A stretch of 64,000 nucleotides of DNA from Podarcis filfolensis (lineage: Eukaryota). Every line of letters starts with the position of its first letter. The stretch's first letter is position 1. Position numbers and translations under genes: made by a program. Where the stretch lies: the NCBI GenBank assembly GCA_964270895.1, contig OZ185447.1; one strand, given 5' to 3'. This document shows, piece after piece, positions 1 through 32,429 of the stretch. The notes beneath the pieces were generated by a model. It saw only the letters and a program-made list of their open reading frames with translations, ran no database searches and was not told where the DNA came from.

Positions 1-194
1 AGGGCTACCTGGGGGGGGGGGGAACCACCCTTGAAATCCTGCACACTGGGTCCCTCAAAAAGCTCACTATCATTACTGGCATAGTTCTAGGGGAGCCTCC
101 AACTACCATAGAAGGGAAAGAGTGTCCACAGAGTTTGCCTGAGACCCAGAAATCTGGCAGGCTGGGTTATAGAGTGCCCTCAGCCTTTTAAGAA

Positions 195-469
195 TCAAGC
201 GCCGAGGGCCTTCTGGCGGTTCCCTTGCTACGAGAAGTCAAGTTGCAGGGAACCAGGCAGAGGGCCTTCTTGGTAGTGGCACCCACCCTGTGGAACGCCC
301 TCCCATCAGATGCCAAAGAGATAAACAACTACCTGACATTCAGAAGACATCTGAAGGCAGCCCTGTTCAGGGAAGCTTTTAATGTTTAACAGACCACTGT
401 ATTTTAATATTTTGTTGGAAGCCGCCCAGAGTGGCTGGGGGAACCCAGCCAGATGGGCGGGGTATAAAT
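195..469 (+). mobile_element. L2 LINE 3' fragment
   Basis: Typical squamate L2 3' end: agggccttc..gtggcacccaccctgtggaacgccctccc..ccgcccagag..gatgggcggggtataaat. Confidence 0.75.
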
Positions 470-636
470 NNNNNNNNNNNNNNNNNNNNNNNNNNNNNNN
501 NNNNNNNNNNNNNNNNNNNNNNNNNNNNNNNNNNNNNNNNNNNNNNNNNNNNNNNNNNNNNNNNNNNNNNNNNNNNNNNNNNNNNNNNNNNNNNNNNNNN
601 NNNNNNNNNNNNNNNNNNNNNNNNNNNNNNNNNNNN
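470..636. other. Assembly gap (167 N)
   Basis: Run of N directly after an L2-type tail ending ggtataaat; lies inside an FBRS intron. Confidence 0.99.
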
Positions 637-651
637 GAGTAAGGCACTGAC

Positions 652-13027
<12,376 letters not shown>

Positions 13028-13679
13028 GGTTCCCCCCTTGAGGTACAGAGAATGTGTCGTGTTGTGTCCTGTGGATACTGCAGACACGCAAGGAGGTGGG
13101 GGGGGGGACACTCTTCACCCTTCCCCAGCCAGTTGCATTGCAGCTGCTGTCAACTGAGCCCTTGTTCTTCCACAGATGCCACTTGGAAAAGCAAGAATGA
13201 AACTCCTCTCTTCTTTTCCGTAAAAAAAGGGGTTTTGTATTTCGTGGCCAAAACAAAAAATCCTTGGCCTTTACACCTTACAGTTGTCAGCAACCTTTCC
13301 TTGATTTACATTTAGAGAGCCCACTCAACACAAGTGGATCCTTTTTGCTCTGGGAAAGTCAAAACAACTCTCCTTTCATTCAAGTTTAATTCCCTCTCAA
13401 GTGACAGGGATGGCAGCTTCTGGTTTTTTTCTGCTTGTTTTTAGTCTTTGTCTTAAAGGCAAGACCATTAAATTAAAAAGAATTAAATACTTTCAACATA
13501 GAACTCTAAGAAGCGGAAGGTGATCCAATAACTTTTTCTTCCTTTACATAAAATCAGGCCCTGCCAGCGCACAGAGATCTCTCTCTAACATGGAGCCTCC
13601 TGTCTGGGTGAGGAAGGAAATCTGTCAAAACACCCTCGCCTTGGACAAGGGTTTTAGATCCCTCCAACTGCGACACAGT

Positions 13680-15400
13680 GTGCCTTTAAATATATATGTA
13701 TGTATATATATATATTTGTTTGTTTGTAAAACCCAATTTTAAAACAAACCCCAGCGCATGGCAACTTTCTTGCAGGTTGAAGGAAGCCTTTGCTTTAAGT
13801 GCCTATCTGTGTGGTTTTTTCCCCCCGACGATGAACCGCGAAGCTGTCACTTTCGACTTTCCCTCAGGGGAATTGGGGGTTCGCCCCCGACGGAGCTGCC
13901 AGCCTGGGCAGCCTCCCCTTTAAGACTGCGGAGGTGGCTCCTGCCAACAATGGCAAGCGGCTTCCGCCCAGAGGGCAATTCACTTCCTCCGCTCGGCCGA
14001 GGGCTCCCCGCGAGGGAAGCGGCTCCGCGGGGCCATCTCTTCTTCCTCTTCTGCTTTCCCGGGAAGCGACACCTTCCTCCTCCTCCTCCTCCTCGCGAAC
14101 CTCCGTCCGTGCAGAAGAGGCCTCCCGGATTCCTCCCACAGGGTGTGACCTTGCCTTTAAGGGTCCGGATCTCTGTGTCTCAATTTCCCCTTTAAGAGTG
14201 TTCGATTTTGAGTCCGCCACACATTTCCTGCCAAAGCATGGCCTCCCCTTTAAGAATGTGGATTTAAAGTTCTCCCTTGTCAGACACCGACTCTCCCAAC
14301 GACCGGAATTAAAAGCCCTCCAAGCATTTCTCTTTCCTCCTTGTCAGCTTGCGCTGCCCTTTAAGGATCCAGCGTTCAAGGTCCTCCGGAGAAACCCGAA
14401 TTTCACCTTTAAGGGCCACCCCTCCCTCTCGGCCACAATGAGGGCCCGAGAAGAACTCCCCTTTAAGAGGGCCGAGCTCCCTTTAAATCCATTGACAGGC
14501 GCTGGCGGTTGGAGGGGGGGTTGTTGTCCTCCGGCGTTAAGTGCCCCCTCTTCTCGCGGCCCCCCAAGCTGTCCCTTTAAGAGCGCCGGCCGTTGAGGGG
14601 GCTTTTCAACTCACCCCACCTTTTCGCCTCCGTCCAGGCTCGCGGCAAGCGGCCCCGCGAGCCCCTGGCGCTGATTGGCTGCGAGGCTGGTACCCTCCGC
14701 TATCGTCGCGGCCCCCCCACAGCTGATTGGCCGAAGCGGTGAGGTGAGTAAGGATGGGGGAGGGGTGGCTGGCTGGCTGGCAGGGTCCGGCTGCAGGGAG
14801 GGAGGCCGGCAGACGGGCTGGCGTGGCGCTCCCGTGCCCCTCGCGCCTGGGTGGGGGGCCCTTTCGGCTCGCCGTCCTTTGCCCCCTCCCCGCTCCGTCT
14901 CCGCTGCTGCCCCCCGACTCTCCCTCTCCCTCTAGCAGCCTCTGCCGGATCCCCTTCGTCTCTGCGCACGGCACGCAACTCCTCCCACAGCGTCATATCC
15001 CTCCGCCCTCTGCGTTGATGGAACCATTTAAAAAATCCCTCCGCTGGAAAAAGAAAAGGAAATAGTCCCTCCGGTTAGCCTCTGTTTCCGCCCACCCGCC
15101 CCTTGGAGACTGTTCGAGGTGGAGGGTGTTCCCTTAAACCAACACCCCCGCCTTCAGAGTCACTTCCGTCCTCCGCAGGGTGACGTCATGGTTTCACGGA
15201 GACAAACGTGATGCGATGATGTCATACTTTATTCGCAGCAACCTCGCACGGTGATGCTATAACGCCAGCGCGTGATGTCATAGGGCTCGGCGCCACACGC
15301 CTCTGCTGTAGCAGCCCGTTGAGGACGAAGGAGAACTTGATGACGTCACAACACTGCCATGCGATGCCATCCTCCCGCAATGGAACTGTTACTTTCCAAG
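13680..15400. promoter_or_regulatory. FBRS CpG-rich promoter / 5' region
   Basis: GC- and CpG-rich. Two reverse CCAAT boxes (ATTGG at 14674 and 14726), an ETS-like CACTTCCG at 15161, CRE sites at 15181 and 15341, and a minus-strand donor GGG|gtgagt near 14613. Confidence 0.8.
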
Positions 15401-16579
15401 CTCCCGCATAAAGTAGTACTTTTGAACCCTTCATTCAGTAGAGGACTGTCTGCGTTGCCTGGCAGAACTGCTCTGGGATTTTTTACAGGGGTATCTCTCA
15501 GCCTTGATACTATTCCATTAGCAATAGCCCTGCACTGAATTTCAAAAGCATTTGTTTGAAAAAATTGTTATAGACTTTGGTCAGATGAAAGTAGCTGAAA
15601 CTATGATGAATCAGATATGATCAATCCTTCTGCATTGTTGTTAACTTTGACAGAAGTTTATATTGCACTGTGACTGTAGAGAATTAGAAATGGGGGGGTG
15701 GCATTATCAATAACCTGACTTAGAGTTTAATTAAAAACTGGAGCTTGCTCAGAGGAAGACCTCCAGTACAGTGAGGGGGAAGGAAATCAAGTCCAATTAG
15801 AAAATTTAAGAAGAAATAGAGCAGCAACTTTTGAATTTTTGAATTGCTATTACATAGCGCAAATTCATTTCGTGTCATTCAGGGTAGATCCAAACTAACA
15901 GCTTCAAATTACAAGGGGATTTCAATTAAACATTATAAAGAACTTACTGATGATATGAGCTGTTTTAACCACAGTGGATGGAGCAGTCGCAGATTTTGTA
16001 TATCAGCTGACTAAACGTATTTTGAGGTCCCTTCTATTATTCTAGATGCATACTTGTGTTTAGATAACCTAATTCTTTGTGGTCCTTTTGCTTTATACCT
16101 TGAAGACAAAGTCGCTGAACTCTGGAAGGACATCGTTGTTGCAGTCTGTTGAGATGCCCAATGCCATGCATGTCTAAACTGGTGTTGTAGGATCAATTGC
16201 AGCTGATGTGGCCTGACGATGTGGGCAGGGTGCTTGCAGCAATGAGTCTAACTACCGTATGTGCTCTCTTGCTCCTTGCCCTCATTTGCTAATAAAAACT
16301 AGCAGAAAATATGTGAGTGGGCGGGTTCAGAATGTAGTTAATGCATGTCTGTTTAAGAGGGTGGTCTCCAGTGTTCTCAACAAGGCAAGGGCACCCTGGA
16401 CCCTCTGATGCAGAGTAACTACCAACCAGTTGTGTATTATTAGTAAGGTGCCTAGAGAAGGTTGTAGCATAACAACTGCAGGCATTCCTGTCCCCAACAC
16501 TAGAACTTGTGGATATCCAAAGAAGCTGAATATTAAAACTTTATTCTCAGACCCTGCAGTCACTGAAGCCCTTATTTGT

Positions 16580-17860
16580 ATGTCTTCTGCACAAGAGGTC
16601 CAGAGGGTGGCAACACAAGAATGGGCCTTTTTTACAGTGGTTCCCCATTTGTGGGATGCTCTCCTCAGGGAGGCTTGCTTGTCACCTTCATTACATATCT
16701 TCAGGCAACAGGAAAAAACTTTCCTCTATAACCAGGCCTTTGGCCTTTTAACTATTTGTGGCCTTTTAGAAGTGGATGGGGTGTTTTTAATGTATTCTCT
16801 TTTCCTCTTGGTTTTAATGTATGTATGTAGGGTCTTCTGTCTGTTTGGTTGTTAAGTTGCTTTGAGTTGCCCTGGGCAAGATAAAGCAATTAACAAAGTC
16901 ACCAAACAATGATGATGATAGACAAATGGAAATACTTCTTCACACAGCACATAAACTATGGAATTCGCTCCCATAAGAGGAATTCAGTTTCCCATTATGA
17001 GACTGAATCAGCCTTGGTGGCCCCGATGGAGGACTTCTACTGAGAGCAAGGCACAGGGAGTATAACCGTTCTCCTTCTGAAGCTCTTGGTGGCTTTTTAT
17101 ATCATTAACCATGGCATTCTCCTGGACCAACTCTTGTGAGCTGGGTATTGGAGGCACTGCACTGGAGTGGTTCTGATCCTATCTGCAGGTTTAGGTCCAG
17201 AGAGTAGCAGTTGAAAAGATACTCATTGGTGCCACAGTGGTTTTACATTATGGTGCACCACAAGGCACCACTTTATCACCAATGTCTTTTTACCATACAT
17301 ATAAAGTTGCTAGGAATTTTGGGACAGGATGTCATCAGTATGCCAACATTCCGCTCTACTTCTTTTATACATCTGATTCAGGTTAGGCTGTACACACCCT
17401 GGACCAGTGGGCTGAATAATCACAGTAAGACCAAGGACTATGGTTGAGTGGTTCCCAAGTCCAGGAGGCAAATTGTCTGTTCCAGACTCTCCCTTGGGTG
17501 GTTTGCATCTTGAAGGTGCTCCTGGATCCGTGTAGTCTCAATGGCCAGGAACTCCATCTGTAAACCTTTGTCTGGGAGGACAATTCCTGGATTGGGATAG
17601 CTTGGCCACTGTGTGTCAGATGTTTGTAAGCTCAACATTATACAATACAGTGATGCATCCTAGGCAAGGCTTTGATTGGGTTTGGTCCAGCAGCTGGGAC
17701 TACTAAGGGTGCCACGTTCTCCTTGCCTTGTTTCTTCTACAAGAGGGCATTTAATGTGTCTGCACCTAGGTTCTGTAACTCCCTATTACCATGAAGCAAA
17801 CACCACAAGTACTTTGTTTCAGATGCCCGCATAAGCCTCTTCTGCTTGCTTTTCCAATGC
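16580..17860 (+). mobile_element. L2 fragments (a 3' tail at 16580-16900, then a degenerate RT-coding piece at about 16995-17860) with a short CR1-like piece at about 16920-16980
   Basis: Sequence at about 17000-17200 follows the L2 RT pattern ETAL..LLDLSAAFD..H.ILL..L...G..G..L.W..SYL, broken by stops and frameshifts. Confidence 0.65.
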
Positions 17861-19966
17861 GTTGTTCAGCCAATAATTTATTGCGTATCACCATCCAGAT
17901 ATTGGCATAAGTTTTGTGTGCTCTTTTATGGGTATGTTCACAGCCCAGGTCCTTTGTATACTGTGCAATATTAAAACCTGTAAATTAATAAAAGCAGGCC
18001 GGACTAAGAGGAAGAGAAGTCTGAGATACACAGCGGAGCAAGGTTAGCGAAAAATGCAACCATCCCCACCCAGCAAAGCACCTGACGGCAAGGCCTGCCA
18101 GATGACCCTGTAGCAAAGGTAATAATAAAATACTGAACAGAAGCAAAAGTACAGAATGAATGTAGCCAACCTAAGCCTTGAAGAAAGAGTTTGTTTCACC
18201 CACAACAGTATGGAGGGAAGGTGTACCATGTTTATTTAACAAGTTTTATATAGCATCAAAACCTCTAAGCAGTTTACATAACTATAGACAGGGGGACCTT
18301 TCTCCTGATGCACATGTGGAGCAGCAGAACTTTTGTCAGGGCTTCAGAGTCTTGCAAACTTTGACCAGAGCCTACTGTACTGGGATAAAAGCTGCTCAAT
18401 AAATCCTAAGTAGTTAGCTAACAAGAAAAGGCATTTTCCAGTAGACAAACGGACCAAAGAAAGGCCCGCGAGAGTGAATAGGATGGAAATGTCTCCACTC
18501 CCACGCAAAACCTGTTAATTTGATAAAATGAGATGTTACTGTTGCAATACTAAGCATGAGGAATCAATCAGACACACAGTCTTTTCCTGTAACGAATGAC
18601 GGAGTGAATTTCACCAATGTCAACTCTAGACTATGGTAGTTTTGAAGGTGAACGTACCACCTCAAAACAGATTTTAAACTGGGCATAGCTACTGAATTTG
18701 CACAAAATGCACGGCAGACTACACAAATCCACATATTTTGTTATTTGTTGTAGCCTCTTATACATGTACAATTTTAGTACAACCGGGTGCAGTTCGCTTG
18801 ACTTCTTTCTTGCCATTTGATCCCGCATCACAGCAATTTTGCTTTTTGCCATAGCCAATGCACCTACCACCATTCCTGGTAGAAGGCAACATTGGCTGGG
18901 GAAATTAATTTAGTGTGGCAATGATATATGATCCACTGCTTGCTATGGATTTTAATTTTGTGGTCGCTATGCCCTTGTTCCAAGGCAAAATTATCTATTG
19001 CGGTCTCCCTTAAAGCTGCATTCAGGGTCCCACCAAGGCCAGTTAAGGAGCAACTGGCAATATGTGGTTTTTTCCTCCCCCCAAGATACAAAGTTTATTA
19101 GAAACATAGATTAATAAAAAATGAAAACCAAAAACACATCATTCCTAACAAAACGGTTGATCCAAGCTAGGAACACCCAGAGGCCTTGATCCAGAGATGC
19201 AAAGGCATTCTCTCAGGATTCCCAGCCGCCCATCCACTGTCTGTGCTTAAACAGGTGGACACGTCCCCATTGCCCAGCCTATTGCTACATCGTCTCTTCT
19301 GCCACATCATCCCCTGTGCCATAACATAAACCTGCTCCTGCTGATTCTTTCACACAGTCCCTTTTTTCTTTCTCCTTCCCATCCAACAGGCACGTCGGTT
19401 CTGCATTCCTATTTGGTTTGATGGCAGTGGCCGCTCCAGAAAAGGCAACTAGGCCCTCACTTGGCTAGGCCCATCCCTTGCTGGCCTAAGTCTCTCACAG
19501 AAGGCACAACAGCGCTGGGCACTAGGTGCTCCTCCCATGCGCAGCACTGGTGGTCTGACTGGGCACAGGAGGAAGAGTGCAGAGGGCGGGCAACTCTGGG
19601 GCACCACAAACATTCTTCCCCTTCCACTTGCGAGCCAAAGAGCCAAGCAAATGGGGACTCGTGCAGGCAGCATGTTGGCTGGGCCAGGTGGCACAGATAG
19701 GCACCCAGGCACTATTTTCAAAGCAGCAGAGCTTGTGGCTCGGAGACTGATCAAGGGAGGAGGAGGAGGCAACAGGCACAGAAGGCTGGTTTGATGGGGA
19801 ACTGGAGAATAAACAGCACCACAGGAGAAACTTGGAGTGGTATTGGTGACTTTGGTAGTTTTTTAAAAAAAACAACAACACCAGCAACCTCTTTTGCTAG
19901 TTAAACAGAGGAAGTGGTCTTGGGCTCCTTGGGGTGCTGCCCTTCCCTCTAGCCTCTGCTCAGATC

Positions 19967-27346
<7,380 letters not shown>

Positions 27347-28289
27347 GGCCTGTCTCAGAAAGGAGACACCCCACCCCTTCCTGGCATCAGGAAGGTGGCC
27401 GCCCCAGAACAGCCCACAGGGTCTTCATTCCTCACTTCTCTGCTTCAGAAAAGGAAAAAACCAGAATTAAAATGACTGCATTCCCATGGTCCCCAGATAT
27501 AGTTCTGCTTTTTAAAGCCAAATGCTACTTTAATCTGGATTAACCTGGAATGTGTAACACCACACCCAGATTGTCAAAATTTACTGCACGGATGACAAAT
27601 CACAATTCTCTTTACTAGCTGGAGAAAACTTCACATTTACTACTGAACTAAGCAAAGGATGGTTAAGAGGACACTCCTGTTCTTGTCTACTCAAAAGTAG
27701 ACTTCTCTCCCCTGGGTTCAATAGGACTTCCTCCCAGCTAAGCGTGTGTAAGCATTGAACCCCATGTGGGTCAGGGGGATACACAGCCTGACTAAAAAAC
27801 CCTAGCAATGCCACCCCCTCCTTTCTGAAGGACCAGCAGGCTCAAACATGCATCCTCCAATGACACAGAGGCCAGCATGAGAGCTTATTAGGTTTCCCCT
27901 TAGAGAAGGTAATTATAAATCATTAGGAGGCATGCAAATAGCATCTTAGCAACAACCAAAAACACGCCCTTCCTTCACAGAGATTCTCCAGGGCTACAAG
28001 ACTAGAAGCTCAGGTAGGAAGGGAAAACTTCTCAGTGGGAGACAATGTGTTGCTTCTGCAGATCCCTCCACCCAGGGAGATGGGTAAAACCAAGCAGGCA
28101 CTTGCCAAATGGGGGACAGCAAATTAAAGGTGGGGGCTAGAAACAGAAGCACCACAAAGGCATGTACTACAGCAAGCAAGGCAGAAGGAAATCCAAGCTG
28201 GAAAACACACTCCACAGCTTTTAAAAGGGCTCAACAGAACAGAAAGAGGGAACCTGTTGCCCTGCACTGGTGTTGGTCTACAGTACTGT

Positions 28290-28410
28290 ACACAGAATTG
28301 TAATTGGAAGGGACCACAGGCGTCATATAGTCTAACCCCCGTGATGGAGGAATCTTTTTGCCCAACATGGGGCTCAAACCCACAACCCTGAGATTAAGAG
28401 TCTCCTACTC
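28290..28410 (-). mobile_element. tRNA-Lys(CUU)-derived SINE with a CR1-type tail
   Basis: Minus strand reads gagactcttaatctcagggttgtgggtttgagccccatgttgggc (a tRNA-Lys-CUU 3' half), followed by a CR1-like tail ggtcccttccaattacaattctgtg. Confidence 0.75.
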
Positions 28411-29479
28411 TAACAACTGCCCTTGCTGGCAAGAGCTAATGGCAGTTGGGAGTCCAACATCATGTTCAGGGACATGGGTTGCCCAACTCTGCAACACAGA
28501 TACACACTAAAGGCAGACCAACGTTTTAGTGGATTTACATTTCCGCACATGACAGGAGCCTTGCTCAGACATTTGTCTTGTCTGTGACCTTCCTCACATT
28601 TGACATCTCATTAGAGATTATTCTCAAAAGTTACCCCTGGCAAGAAGAGATCCAGGAAGACTGTGGGAGCAAGGGTAGGAAATGCCGAGTAATGCCGGGT
28701 GATAAAACTCAAGCCAACAAAAGCGTCTCAAGTCATGGCAAGATGAAACAAATAAGAGGCAAGCAGCAGAGTGAGCAGAGGGTAGGTGATTTTGCTGGGG
28801 CTACTGCCAGTGGCAATATTAGGCTGTCTCATACCATATTTTCTCAGTAGAGTCCTGGACTTGGAACAGCTGCTCCCTTCAGCAAAGACACTGTGATCTC
28901 TGCCATCCAAATATTTTCCTCCCAGGAGTCGGTATTTTAATATTTTTAGGTATTAGCAGCATTTATGGGGGTTTTAAAAATCCACTTATCCAATTTCCTG
29001 TTTTGCAGCTTAATTATTCCCTGGGTTTCCTTAACTATGGAAGAAGATTGGTGGGGGTGATGCCACTGCCAAAGATGGCAGGCAAAGATGGGAGTTCTGT
29101 CCCTTGGAGCATCGAAAAAGTATAAAACAATGCAGCCACATAAGAATATGAATCATTGCCAAAATGTAATATTGTCCTTCACTCTTCCTGCCATACTTGC
29201 CATCCTCTCATGTCACACCCTTTGATAACCACACACACAAACACACACACACATGCATATTAAAAACCAATGGAAGTAGAGACATCATCCCATCTGCTCC
29301 TGCCTCTCACCATCCCTGGCGATGGACCCTTGGTGTGTACAAAAGGTGAGCATGTGGGGCATGTGGAAAAAGGGAAACCATAACCCAGGGCTACAACTGA
29401 CCCAATGATCCCTCCCAGAACTGGATTTCAGTGCCAATTCTAGGATGCTGGAGGAAAGGGGTCTGCCGTCTATTCAGGA

Positions 29480-30830
29480 TCCCTTTCTCCCCCCCCCCCA
29501 GTCCTGCTTCGCAGCCTAGGCTCACCCCACACACAGGTAAGCACGGGCACCGTCAGGCCCCTCTTTCTCTTGGGGGTCGCCTCCTAACTATCCCCACCGC
29601 CTCAAGATCCGTCCCCTTTAGCTCTCCCGCCGATTCCTCCCTCACTGACCTAAAAGGGCCAGCTCCAGAGGAGGAAGCGGTGTGGGGAGGAAGAGCTTGC
29701 CTCCGATTACCTGTCGGCTCCTCATCCAGCCCCACCCCCACCCCCCGCGCCCGGTGCCCGGTGCTCTGCCCCAGGCAGGATCAGCACCGCTCCCTGGCGG
29801 GAGGAAAGGCAAGGCGAGTAGAGGCGGAGGCTGCTCCTCTTTCCTCCGAGGGAGAGCGGCAGCACCAGGCAGAGGAGGCGCCGGGTGGACAGTCCCTCCG
29901 CGCACCCCCGACAGCCGGGTGAGGTGTGGGGCTGGACGGTGCCCACCTCCGACTCCTCAGCCGCTTCCTCCAGATCCTTCCGCCCTTCTCCTCCCCACCC
30001 CACAAAAAACATCCAACTTCATGGGGGTCCCCCCGCCCCAAATATCTGCCCCCCACATGGTGGCCTTTTGACCTCTCGATCCTCCCCACAAGTTGCCCCC
30101 TCCCCGCCCCGCAATCCGCCAGGCGCGCCCGACCCGACACCGGCCGGCCACCCCACCCGGGAGCGGCGCCCCCCTCGCCCGCCCCATCCAGGTCTCACCT
30201 CCGCCGCCTCCCTCCCTTCCTCGGGCTTCTCGCCTGCCTCAGGCAAACAAACTGATAAGCACCCGCATCTCAATTTGAAAAAAATAAAATAAATAAAACT
30301 ACTCCGCACGCTCGACCCCGCCTTTACCGCCTCCTCTCTCCAACTCACCAGCTCGCCCTCTTCCTCCTCCCCTCGCCCTTCTCCAAGCAGCCGCTGGACA
30401 GTGCCCGACCGTCTCCACATGCAGCCCACCCAATGGCCATGCGTCTTGTTAATGGTCCCAACCAATAGGCGCGCGGTTTCTTTACCGGCGTCTGGTAGCT
30501 ACAGCGCCGCCATCGCTGTTCAGGGCAACAACAAAAAAAGTTGGTCGTAGACTTTTTTGAGTTTGTGTTGCAAAAGGAAGCGGTGCGACCGCCTTCTTCG
30601 CTAAAAGGCGTCTGCGCCGTTGAAGTCAGCAGGCCCGCCATCTCAAGAAAGGGCAGGGAATGAGAAGAAAATAGGAAGGAAAACGTACAGGGCGGTAGCC
30701 ATTTTGGGTGAGGGCAGAGTCTGGTTGGCGCCGTCTAAGACGCCGCCATTTGAGGGGAAGACCAGAAATTCAGGCTTTAAAGAAGCCGTGTTTCCATTTT
30801 CCAGTTGGATGCGATGGAATAAAGAATAGT
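29480..30830. promoter_or_regulatory. PRR14 CpG island promoter and non-coding first exon region
   Basis: CpG-rich. CCAAT boxes at 30430 and 30462; YY1-type GCCATnT sites at 30505-30751; minus-strand donors gtgaga at 30198 and gtgagt at 30348. Confidence 0.75.
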
Positions 30831-30914
30831 AGTTTCCTTGGTTCCTTCCTTTAGGGAGGTCGTTTCGTCATACACGCGGTTTTTGAGGGAGATTAATCTG
30901 TATTAAGTTAGAAT

Positions 30915-30985
30915 TTATAGAATTATAGAGCTGGAAGGGACCCCCAAGGGTCATCCAGTCCAACCCCCTGCAATGCAGGAATAAG
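30915..30985 (-). mobile_element. CR1 3' terminal fragment
   Basis: agagctggaagggacccccaagggtcatccagtccaaccccctgcaatgcaggaat is nearly identical to the start of the CR1 at 63565. Confidence 0.8.
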
Positions 30986-31599
30986 TTCGTTGTAAGGCAG
31001 TGCAAAACAGCACACACACATAAAGACTAGTTTAATATGTCATGATTATTATTTATTATTTATTAAATTTCTATACCACCCTTCATCCGAGGATCACATG
31101 GTGGTTTACAACATAAAAACACAAAAATACATAACATAGTAACAAACAAAATAATACTGCCTCCAACACACACAGTTTAAAGGGCTATATATTGTTTAAT
31201 TAGCCAAAGGCCTAGGAGAAGAGGAATATCCGCCTGGAGGAAAAACATTTGTGTTCATATTTTTAAAAAAATATTGAGGTATGAAGTGCTCACCATCTTG
31301 CCGGTTCATTCCCTCCACACTCCTAGGCATGTCTGCTCAGAAGCAGGCTTCTGCGTCAAAGGAGGCCTCCAAGACAGAATGATCTTAGCCAAGGAATCAG
31401 ACCGACCATGATCTATGCATATTCCCCCTCATCTCTCTCTGAAAGTAGTAGTGATGAGTAAAGGTGCACTTCTTACCCCCATTTACCACATGGAATTCAC
31501 CTAGACCTATTTCTGAGTAGACATGGTAGGGATTGCCAGCTTAGCTTGGGTTAGTAAACTCAGGGGGAGGAAACTGATTTTCTAGATCCATTTCAACCT

Positions 31600-32095
31600 G
31601 GGTTTCAGCCAGGTTTCCAACAGAAGCAGTTTCCAGGCCCCATTCAAAGTACTGGTTTTGACCTATAAAGCCTTAAATGGCTCCTGACCACAATACCTCA
31701 AGGACTGGCTCTCCCCATATGAACCACCCAGCAGCACCCTGCAATCATCCTCCAAGGCCCTTCTGCGTGTGCCTCCTCCAGGAGGTGGTAATATGAGAAT
31801 GGGCCCTGTCTACAGTTGCTCTGTGTTTGTGGTGTGCTCTCCCCAAGGAGGTTCGATTGGCACCTTCATTATATACACCTTTAGGTGCCAGGCGAAGGCA
31901 ACCAGGCCTTGCACTGATTAATATCCTATACCCTTTTAAATGTGTTTGTGGGGGGGAGGAGGGGAGTTATTAGTTTGTGGTCTTCTTGTCGTTTTTGTAA
32001 AACATTTTGTGCTTCATCTTCCATTTTTATGTTTTGAACCACCCTGAGATTAAAGGATGAAGGGCGGTATACAAATTTCATAACTAAATAAGAAT
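31600..32095 (+). mobile_element. L2 3' fragment
   Basis: acctataaagccttaaatgg..ggagtggctctcccc..accaccctgagattaaaggatgaagggcggtatacaaat pattern. Confidence 0.65.
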
Positions 32096-32429
32096 AATGA
32101 TATCCCTTAGCAAATCTCTGCCCTACACTTGCCCATTTCTTGGTCGAAGCCTTGCCCGAATGAAGGTACCATTCATTTCCCCCATGTGACCCCTTCCCAG
32201 ACGTTGTTGGACTGCAATTCCCATCATCCCTTGCCATTGGCTATGATGGCTGAAGCTGATGGGAGTTGGAGTCTATCAGCATCTGGCGCGCACCGCGTTG
32301 GCTATACCGCTTTACCGGTTCTAAATGATAGCTGCCTGCGCCCTCCTTCATCTCTAGGATTCGCCCGTCCTCTGCTCTCAGGATCAATGGGTTTTATTTC
32401 TACCCAGACCTTTTCTTTTAAATGTCACT

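Noticed and set aside
15330-15440. Box C/D snoRNA (TGATGA at about 15338), or U8/SNORD118 near BORCS6
   Set aside because: There is no matching CTGA box D or terminal stem, and no U8-like sequence was found in the window.
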